Shown here: piece after piece, positions 13,901 to 23,294 of the stretch
Layout of the letters: every line of letters starts with the position of its first letter
How positions within the stretch are numbered: position 1 is the first letter of the stretch
DNA from: Cycas panzhihuaensis
Taxonomy: Eukaryota; Plantae; Cycadophyta
Direction: 5' to 3'
DNA length: 64,000 nt
NCBI GenBank assembly: GCA_023213395.1
Contig: CM041465.1
Location: 222,649,741 to 222,713,740, forward strand
Program-made: the position numbers and the translations under genes
Notes under the pieces: generated by a model
Told to the model about the DNA's origin: nothing
The model's input: the letters and a program-made list of their open reading frames with translations, nothing else
The model's database searches: none

Positions 13901-15517
13901 GGAACATAAGAAAAAAAAGAAAACAAATCGTTTACTTTACATTTGCTTTCTTGTACTTCTTTATTACATTGCATGACATAGTAGTGTAGGTCCCATTTAC
14001 CTATACCCCTTAGCCACACTTACCCCTTACTACGTGACACGTTTGGTTGATCGCCCCCGCGTCGCCTCCCCATTGCCTTGAGAAGCCGCGGACGTCGAGG
14101 TTCTTTTCCCCTTCCCGCCATCCGAAGGGTAGGAAGGCCTCGTCTTGCACGGCCACAGAAGCAACCCGGGCACCTTGCGATCCGTGCACTCCGCTCCGGC
14201 GCACGGACGTCCTGCGAGGTATGATCCTTGCTAGTTAGCCTGCTTAGCATATTGTTTCTATGCCCTTCTCGCTAGGCGTTGGATCATTGCCCCGCGGAGA
14301 GCGTTTCATCGCCCCACCTACAGGCGGCCCATATTGGCAAAACTCGGTTCCGCATCCATCTTTTCCATCATCTAGTGTAATTCCTTTTGCTGTGCCTTCA
14401 CAAGGGAACCTGATTCCCTTCCAAGGCACTTATCCTCAAGTCCCTCTCGTGAGGCATTTCCTCAAGGAGGGATAGGTGTGCCACCCCCATTCGCTCCTTG
14501 TTCACTTCCTACTACGTCATTTGTTGACCCTATGGTCCAGGCAAGGGCACGCCCCTTCATGGACTTTAGGTCAACACCTCTATCCATTGAGGCGTTAAGA
14601 ACCAATATGTCGCCTCATCCCCCTGAAGTTCCAGATTCGACGGAGCTTCGTCGCAAGACCCGACGGAGTATGTGCGTAGCTTTTTTATGGCATACATCAA
14701 TTACTGGGCTTATAACTACATTCTAATGAAATTCTTCCTGCGATCCTTATAGGATGATGCCCTTAAGTGTTTTTACCGTCTCCCTGCCCACTCCATCCAT
14801 TCATTCCAGCAATTGGTGGACGAGTTCATCAACTATTTTGATGTAGCCCGTCCATTCGAGAGTAGAATGAAGTCACTCCTTTCGCTCAAACAAGGTCACG
14901 ATGAAATGAATCGTGACTTTGTATGGCGATTTCATGACTTGCTTCACTCTACTAAGGTAATATTACCCAAGGAGTTAAAGTGAGATCTCTTTGTCAATGC
15001 ACTTCGTCCCAAAGTACATGTGGAAGTCCTTAAAATGGGGGCGACCACATGTGACTCCGCGATCACCAAGTGTTTGGCATTGGAGGCTATTGAGATCCAA
15101 GCTGGTCTCAAGAAACCTCTTAAGCCCTTACAGCGACGTGAGGCACCACCTTCAACCAAAGATACCAAACCTTCACAACCTACCTAGTCTTCCTCCCATC
15201 CGACTGAGAGGACCTTAGACCCGCTCACATCAGCCATATGCTCATTTGAGCATACAATGAAGGAGCTCAAGCTTCAAGCTCCTTCATCCCCTACATCTAA
15301 TAAACAAGTCCAGCAAACAACTCAAGCTCCTCTCCCCAGGAATGGAAATGCCCAGTCCTCTCAAGTGAGGAGGTCAGTCCCCCCACTTGAGAAGAAGTGG
15401 TGCTCCATTCATGGGGAGTGCTTTCACGATGACTCACGTTGTAGGGCCCAGCATCCTAAGGATGCCCCTCGATGCGACTCTTCCTCTAAACAGGCCTCAA
15501 GGCCTAATTTAGACTAA
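10917..15517 (+). pseudogene. gag of element B, split by solo LTR D
   Basis: Long P/S-rich ORF 11031-11813 resumes in frame after D (HPYGVA|PPTGGPYWQ); retrotransposon gag core ~14600-15100; Tat-type CX2HX4HX4C knuckle WCSIHGECFHDDSRC (~15395-15445). Start position uncertain. Confidence 0.85.
11814..14308 (+). mobile_element. Solo LTR D (2495 bp), Tat-type family related to B
   Basis: TGTTTCCCAGCTAGTGGGAATGG...GTTTCA with perfect TSD TCGCC (11809-11813, 14309-14313); retains many CpGs. Confidence 0.93.
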
Positions 15518-15939
15518 CCAGTTCATAAGGATTTGTTCCCTAAACATGGGGAACGCGATCGTAACACCTAAACCAAGAATAACTAGAGCTGAGGAAGATC
15601 GCCTAATTCTCGTCCTTCCCACAACAAAGGGAAGGGTGCCGAGGACTCGTCCTCTTCCTCTCGTTCCCCTAGCCATCGTATCCCATCACCTTTGCAACCC
15701 CGGAACAAGGGGAAGAAGGTGATCCAGTTGCTTGAGGCAACTCCTTCTTATGCCCTTACACGGTCTCAGGCCGCCAAGGAAGCGGCAGGAGCTTCTTCTT
15801 CTTCTGCTCCTTCCGACCCTCTTCCGGAGAACCTTCCCCTGGAAATACTTCTCTTCCCCAAGGCTATTCATGTATGCCCAGGTCGTTACGATTTCTGAAG
15901 GGCACTTACTCAGCCTACCGCAAAGGGTAAGCCCTTCTC

Positions 15940-18900
15940 CATCGTGGACAAGCTTCATACGGTTGCCGCAGGAATGTCCTTGATGGATGTTTTGAGGAGT
16001 TATCCTAAGCAGCGGACCCTCCTCTTGGAAGCTTTAGGATCGAATGACGCACCTGTCCATGCTTTAGGCGTTACCCAAAGTTGTGGACCTGTTATTTCGT
16101 TTGATCCTAAGGACCTTCCTCCCACTGGTGAAAGGGAACGTCAGTGGAACTTCCCATTCACTATCACTATCGATACACCTAATTGTACCCTTCGAAGGAC
16201 TGTTGTTGACAACGGTTCTTCCGTGAATGCCATGCCCTTGCATGTCATGCAAGAGCTTGGTATTTTCGCCTTTGAACCTATTCCATGGTGATGCCAAGGT
16301 TATGACAGTAGTGAAGAGACCCCTTTGGGATCTATCACGATTCCGCTCACCCTTAAGGGCAAGACTATTCTTGCCGATGTCGTAGTCCTCGACGTTGACG
16401 TCGACTACAACCTCCTTCTAGGTCATCCATGGCTTGACCAAATGGGAGCCGTGTGCTCGATTCTTTGGGGACAACTTAAGTTTGTCCATGACGGGCAGAT
16501 GAGAGTGATTCCCCGCGAACGCCCATTCACCAAACAAACTCCTTCTACAAATTCGGCAAACTGAGGTCCTTCTACACACGCCTTGGCTTGCTCTATTGGC
16601 ATACATAACCCATCTGAAGAAGATCCTACATCTTCTTCCCCTAGTCTCATGTGGTTCGCCTCTATTGGCGTTGGGAGTTACGGGTACCTCGCTTCGTTTA
16701 GTGATGACGAGTCACACGACGAGGATGAGGATTGTCTTTACCCCGTCTCTTTCCTCTGCACCAATAGGTCACACCTATCTCGTTCTAGATCCCCGTCTAG
16801 AACCTCTTTCCTTGGTGAGGCTAGCCACTCCTACATATCACATGTCATTGCTTGTGTTGACCCGCCCATCGTTAGTTCTTCTCCTTCATTATCCCCCGTA
16901 GGTGATGGCTTCGAAGAACTGCTTTTTGCTCCTTCTGAGGAGCCTCTTTTTGACTCTCCTTCAGAGTCTCACGAGGAAGTTGAGCAACCCAACGACCATC
17001 ACAGTCCTGTTGCTTCCACTCCCTCTAGTACTTCCTTTACTGGAAGTAAGGTCATCCATGGGGTGGATTACTTCGAGGATGATGAAGCCCTACTCGAGCA
17101 CCTAGCAGGCTTTACACTTGGCTTTCCTTCTAGTCACCACAAGCTTGGTCACTAGAAGGTCCTTGCGATTGGATCCACACTTGCTGATCTGATCCAGTCT
17201 CCTATTCCACCCCCTCCTGTTGACCTTGCCCCTCTCCACTTCGAGGAGGGCAATGCCATGTGCATGGGGGCAACCCAAGACATAGTCTTGGCCCCCGGCA
17301 AGGTCATTAAGGTTAGGTTGGAGTGTTTTCCTGATAAGATAAGGGAGTACTCTCTTCTGTTCCAGGAGTTTCGAGACATGTTTGCATGGGATTATGCTGA
17401 CATAAAGGGAATTGACCCCTCCATTATCACTTATAACCTCACCACCATTCCTGGCGCCCGCCCTGTGCGCTAGAAGCAGCGTCCCCTTCACCTGAAGCTC
17501 TCAGCCACCGTCAAGATGGAGGTTGAGAAGCTTCTGGATGCTGGGCTTATTACTTCCATTGATTACCCTAAATGGGTCTCCAATATTATCCCCGTTGCTA
17601 AAAAGAATGGGGCAATTCGTATATGTGTCGATTTCTGTGACATCAATAATGCTTGTCCTAAGGACAACTTCCCACTCCCCTTTATCGACTAAATTATTGA
17701 TCGCACTGCTGGATTTAAAGTTATGTCTCTAATGGATGGCTTCTTCGGCTATAACCAAATTCAGATTTCTCCTAAAGATCGCCATAAGACGACCTTCACT
17801 ACACCTTGGGGTACCTTTGCCTACAAGGCGATGCCTTTTGGTCTTAAGAATGCAGGTGCTACTTACCAAAGAGCCATGCATTTTATTTTCCATGACCTCA
17901 TTGATAACACATTGGAGGTCTTTATGGATGATATGATGGGTCTCTCCCGTGTCAAGGCCCACCATCCATCTGACTTGCATGCCATCTTCTCACGATGCTA
18001 CAAGTATCACGTCAGTCTAAATCCGCTCAAGTGTGTGTTTGCCGTTACCTCGGGTAAACTCCTTGGGTTCCTTGTATCCAAACAAGGAATTCAAATTGAT
18101 CCTGACAAGGTCAGGGCAATCCTTAATATGTCACCACCTAGAACCCAATGACAGATTAAGTCATTTCTAGGAAGGCTCAATTTTCTCAGGCACTTCTTAG
18201 CAGACTTCGTTGTGACCGCTAAACCCCTCACGAACCTATTGAAGAAGGGAGCTCCTTTTGCTTGGTCTGACAAGACCCAAAAGGCCTTTGAAGGACTCAA
18301 GGAAGCCCTTGCTTTCGCTCCTACACTGGCACCTCCTTGATTCGATAGGCCCTTCGTCCTGTACACCTTAGTGACTGACGAGTTCTTGGGTGCTATGTTA
18401 GCTCAGAAGGATGACTCAGGAACCGAGAGAGCTATATATTTCATCAGCCGCACCCTCGTGGCTGCTGAACTTAACTATTCTCCTGCTAAGAAGGAGTGCC
18501 TCTCCTTGGTCCATGCGACCAAGAAGTTTTGACACTACTTGCTTGGTAACACCACCAAGGTGATCATTCAATCTGATCCCTTGCGATACTTGCTCACTCA
18601 TTCGGATTTGACGGGTAGGGCCGGTCGATGGGCCGTCCTGCTTCAAGCATTTGACCCCCATATCGTTAACTGAAAATCAGAGAAGGGAATGGTAGTGGCC
18701 AAGCTACTCGCAGACGCCCCTATCCCTAACTTCTTTGGCGCCCCCGTTGATGACTGTCTTCCCGATGAGTCTATCCGAACAATTCAGGGGGTCTCTTCCC
18801 ATCTACTCATCGATAATGAGTGGTATGGTAATATAGTGTGGTATCTTACACAGTAGCAATACCGCCTCGATGCCAGTAGTAAAGTTAGATCTCGCATCCA

Positions 18901-19180
18901 GACTTCTACCAGGCAATACCTCCTCATGGACGAGGTATTGTACAAGAGGTCCTTCGATGGGATCCTCCTCCGCTGCGTCACTGACTTGTGACCAAATGCC
19001 AGCGAATGCCATCATGGTATTTATGGAGGTCACTTTGGGGGCTAGTCTATAGCTCAGAGGATCCTTTGCATGGGTTATTTCTGACCGTCCCTTTTCAAGG
19101 ACGCTCATGCCTTTGCTCTGAGATGTCGGCGGTGTCAAGAACACACCAACATCTCCCATGTGCCTTCTGAGGCCATCCAC
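15940..19180 (+). pseudogene. pol of element B: protease, linker, RT, RNase H, integrase N-terminus (truncated)
   Basis: PR VVDNGSSVNAM and YNLLLGHPWL; RT SLMDGFFGYNQI, MPFGLKNAGATYQRAM, FMDD, LNPLKCVF; RH ~18330-18720; integrase zinc finger H.GIYGGHF...CRRCQ ~19010-19140. The sequence then changes abruptly and no DDE core follows. Confidence 0.93.
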
Positions 19181-19383
19181 ACATGATATATACATAACGT
19201 CTCATACCAAAATGGAGTTCTAATTACCCCATATATATATACAATAAAGAATATTATGTTGCATCATACATATGGGAAGTCGGTGTCCTTGCAGGGGGTA
19301 CAATTATATAACCCTATATATGACCCCCTAGAGGCCCGTGCTTTCTCTTGTTAAAGTCAATATGCATATCTCCTACTCTACTG

Positions 19384-21771
19384 CTACCCCGCTCCTAGGG
19401 TACCATCTCCCAGTCTGTGTGATCCCTCTCCTGAGGACCACATCCCTCTGAGGCTCCTCCTGGGCCTCTGCGAGCCACCTGCCTGGCTCCCCTCATCCCG
19501 TGGTCATCTCGAGGTCATCACTGCTGTGTAGGTATATGTCCTGCTCTGGCTTGACCTCGACGCCATCTGGGCCACCAGTTGATCGTATCGGGGTTGGATA
19601 CGATCTCTCTCTCCTCGGAGTCCCTCCTCCTTCACTCTGAGGTGCTCCTCTAGTACTGCTATCCGGACCCTGCTCTTGGCATCTTCGCCTTCTCCTCCCT
19701 GTGCCTCTAGGGCCTGAACCCGTCCACGTAGCTCGTCCCTCTCGCGCCTCACCTCATCTAGCTCCTACTGCAGCTGTCCCTGAAATATCATGTGCTCCTG
19801 GGATTCTGCGGCCCAAATGTCTCTTGCCCTCACCAACGGGGCAAATGCCTCCATGTGGGCACCTACCGCTCTAGGCGCATCCCCTGCCTGGATGGGCGGT
19901 TACCCCTCTGCATACACCTGAGGGAATATCTCCCTCACCACAGCCTCTACCAGTCTCTGAACCTCTACTACACCTGCCAATACAAAATGCCATGTGTCAA
20001 TATATATCCCACCACATACCATGATCAAATCAAAACAAATATCCATCTGGATGTCAAACGACTCAGGAAAAGGTTAGGTCTCACTTGCTGCGGCTGCCGG
20101 CTCCTCTGGTCGTGCAATATCCTCCCCTCCTGGCTCTCCTCCAGCTGCGAGTGCCTTATCCTCGGGCACCTCCTCTGCCTGGGCCTCCCTCCTTGCAGGG
20201 ATTGGCTTAGCTCTCGTCCCTCCGGATCCCCACATGATCTATAGCCTGCGGGCCCTGGTCATTAGCCCCTTGCTCTCATCCGGCGCTCCTTATGGGCCGG
20301 CCTCTCCTCCGGCAGCCCCGGATGGTCCCGTTACTCCTCCTGCCGTCCTTGAAGGACCTGCCTCCCCTGCAAGTCGTGACGAGCCGGCCCCATCATCATC
20401 GTCGTCATCATTTGTAGGCGGTCCTGCTCTGCCCACCTCGTCATCATTATCCCACCTCACCGTCCTGTATGGCTCTACTATGTAGTCTGGTAGGGTGAGG
20501 AGGTTCAGCGATGTCGCCTCCACTGATCATCAGAAATGGGCCTCATCCTCTATCCCTCTCAGCCGAGTCTACCACCTGTGGACCATCGGGGCTCGCTCTG
20601 CTATGGGGTGTGGTCCCCCTGCTGGTGCCACTGCCGTGAAATGATCAAAGAACTAGCACTGTAGTAGCGTGTTATATGATAGCCCTCCTCTGTCGGTCAT
20701 CCTGATAGCGTTTAGCTGTGCGACAAGGTTTGCTGCTATCAGGGTGGCCCAGTCCATCCTCTCACTGGCTTCGCAGCAGCATACTACATCCAACCAGCCA
20801 CCCAGTATCTCCCTATAATTCTGCTTTCGGGAAATCCAGAACAGAATGCATAATACAATCAGTTTCCTCACCCGAGGAACTCTGAACATCAGCATGGTCT
20901 GGAGGGGAGCTCCCCTCCACTACCACTTGTCAGCCCCTGTGAAGAATAGGGCTGCCTCTCTGTGTGCTACCTTGGTGCTAGGCAGCATTCCTAGTGTTAC
21001 CGGCCTCCCATTCGCCGGTACCCCCAGTATCCATCGTATGTCTCTTGGTGTAACCACCACATCACCTACTTGAGGTAGGTGGAATACATGTCTCCTCCTA
21101 TCATAATGGGATACGATGTCGACCAATAACCTCTGATCTGATGCATATTGAGGTGTTTTCAAGGCCTTGTATAGGCGGCACCTCCGCAGGGTCTCCCTGT
21201 CCTCCTCGAACGCCATCTCCATATAGCTTAACATAGCCATACCTACATTCTCGTGGTTATCCACTGCGATGACAGCCTATCCACATCAAAAATGATCAAA
21301 GTCAATTGTTAGCACTCATGACTCTCTCTCAACTCTCTCTGTCTGAGATTTGGGGCCTTGTGGCCCCTCCTATCCTTTTTTCTCTTTTTCTGCCTTCGTA
21401 CCGCGCTAAACTTAGCGGTACCGCTAAGTTTAGCTCGGGTCCCATGGAGATTCGAGCCCCGCGGTAATGAATATGGCACTGTGATCTTTGCCACGATACG
21501 AACGGCGACCCCCCGAAAGGGGGCATTCCCGCCGCGAAAAATTAAAAAAAAATCTTCTGGTGGACCCCGTGGGGCCCACCGGGACCAGGGCTCCCTAATG
21601 CCCGGGTCCCCGCCTCTTTCTGGGTCTGATTCAGACTCCAAGAGGCCTCCAATTGCCCGTAAGGGGAACTAAAATCATACAAAAAACTATAAAAAACCAC
21701 TGAAATTAAAGCTCTGAAACGGGTTGGCTTTAGTGATATCCACTCACTGGATCCGGTCTCGCTGTCGCCAT
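19384..21771 (-). pseudogene. Antisense 3-exon gene: plant mobile domain (PMD) + acidic linker + coiled coil, ~600 aa; exons 21771-21748, 21276-20085, 19973-19384
   Basis: PMD motifs LVDIVSHYDRRRHVFHLPQVGDVVVTPRDIRWILGVPANGRPV, MDWATLIAANL, LLQC*FFDHF, PMVHRW. Four track ORFs lie in one frame. Canonical GTGAG donors and AG acceptors have matching phases. The internal stops read are explicable as C>T/G>A changes. The exact C-terminal stop is uncertain. Confidence 0.85.
21405..21434. repeat. Perfect 30-bp palindrome GCTAAACTTAGCGGTACCGCTAAGTTTAGC in intron 1 of the PMD gene
   Basis: Self reverse-complement, checked base by base. Confidence 0.95.
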
Positions 21772-21930
21772 CTCGTCCTGACGATCCCGCTAGCTCTCTC
21801 CGCTCTCCGATCCAACGGTCCGATCTCTCCCCGCGTGCCTCCAAAGTTGGGTGGCGCTCCACTGCATACGGGAATGGCTCTGGTTTCTCACGAGAGCCGG
21901 TGAAAATGAATCCATTTTCCGTTCGATTTC

Positions 21931-21940
21931 CTTATATAGG
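21931..21940 (-). promoter_or_regulatory. TATA box (CCTATATAAG) of the antisense PMD gene
   Basis: Canonical plant TATA about 160 nt upstream of the ATG at 21771, in a GC/CpG-rich context. Confidence 0.65.
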
Positions 21941-22458
21941 CGGGGGCCCCAACGGGCACTTCTTCCGTTTTTGGCTCTGCGACAGCCGTTGAGACCGTCC
22001 TATTTCCCTGATTGCCTTTGCCTTCTAGCCCTGTTACCCATTGTACTCTCTTAACACCCTTTTTGTGCTTTCTCGTAGGTGCATTTATGGTGCCTCATTT
22101 TTGCACTTTTTCCTTGGGCCCTTTTGTCTCGTTTTGTGTGCCACTCCCGTGCATGCTTGAGTTTATATTCGTTTGGCTCGTTTTGTCGCCCTGGACTCAT
22201 TTTCACAGTCCTTTTTCGCTCCTGGGGTCCCCAAAGGGGATGCTCCCCCGTCCGGGGGCATGTTTCGCTTTCTAAAGCAACCCTTTTGGGGCTCTAGGAT
22301 GTTTTTTTCCTCTGACTGCTCTCTGATGGTGATCGGACTGCTTGCTCTTGCCCTAGGTAACCTCATTGCTAGGTCCTCCTACCCTTCACGGCTACTTGTT
22401 ACTTGCCTTTTGAGTATCACTTTCGTTGTTTATTGACTACCAAGACTTTGTGTCACCC

Positions 22459-22881
22459 ATGTCCATCTACATTTTTACCGACGACGGAAGCCGCGGTAAC
22501 CCTGGACCTTCTACCACTGCATGGATTCTCCGTAGCCCTTCTAGACACAATCTCTTGTGCTCTGGGATCTTCCTCCCAGAGGCTACTAACAACAAAGCTG
22601 AGTATACAGCTGTAATTGAAGCCCTTACCGATGCTCCCTGTTCTCATCATGGATCCATCGTTTTGCTTTGTGACTCTCAAGTTGTGGTGTCTCATCTCAC
22701 CTAAGTTTACCAGGTGTGATGCCCTCACTTGAGGACTCTTGCTTCCACCGCCAGATCTCTCCTGGCCTGCTTCTCTTCTGTCGATATCCAGCATATCCCT
22801 CGGGCCCTCAACGTTAAGGCAGATAGCCTCGTTCACCTCATCTTTGAGCATCGCCTTCCCCTCCTTGTTGACCGTCCCTAA
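22459..22881 (+). pseudogene. Free-standing additional (archaeal-type) RNase H, aRH, 140 aa
   Basis: MSIYIFTDDGSRGNPGP...ATNNKAEYTAVIEAL...LCDSQVVV...IQHIPRALNVKADSL: D/E/D/D catalytic set with R in the HIPR motif. Two in-frame stops (22702 TAA, 22717 TGA), no frameshift. Confidence 0.9.
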
Positions 22882-23284
22882 GGCTTGCCTGGCCGCCCTG
22901 TCGCCTAAGCCCCAAGTCATCTTACACTTTGCTTTGGGACCCATTCGCACCTCTGAGAACCGACCGCTAATGAGGTTAAACTATGGTGCCTACCCCTTGC
23001 TTACTCTTTTACTTGATTATGCACGTCTTTCTACATCTTTTGTGGTGGGGGTAGCCCCCTCGCCTTTTTTATTTTTCCAGTCGGTTCCCAGGTGGCTCAT
23101 AGGTAGCCCTTATGTTGTTTCCACCACTGCTTTCGTATCCACGCGTTCCACCACAACACTTACTAGCACCCTTGCCTGCTGTTATGATCTTGATTTATAT
23201 ATTTATATACATATGTGCTACTGACAGTTGTGTTGCCAACACTCGCCATCGCACCACGCTTTCAAGCAGCGAGGCTCTGCTACC

Positions 23285-23294
23285 AAGGGGGCAG
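23285..23294 (+). promoter_or_regulatory. Polypurine tract of B
   Basis: AAGGGGGCAG immediately before the 3' LTR TG. Confidence 0.85.

Noticed and set aside
19384-21771. Host MAIN/MAIL-like gene
   Set aside because: It lies between the LTRs and TSDs of element B and shares its decay pattern, so it is element cargo, not a host locus.
22453-22950. 165-aa minus-strand ORF and 161-aa ORF 22739-23224
   Set aside because: Shadow frames of the aRH coding region with no recognisable motifs.
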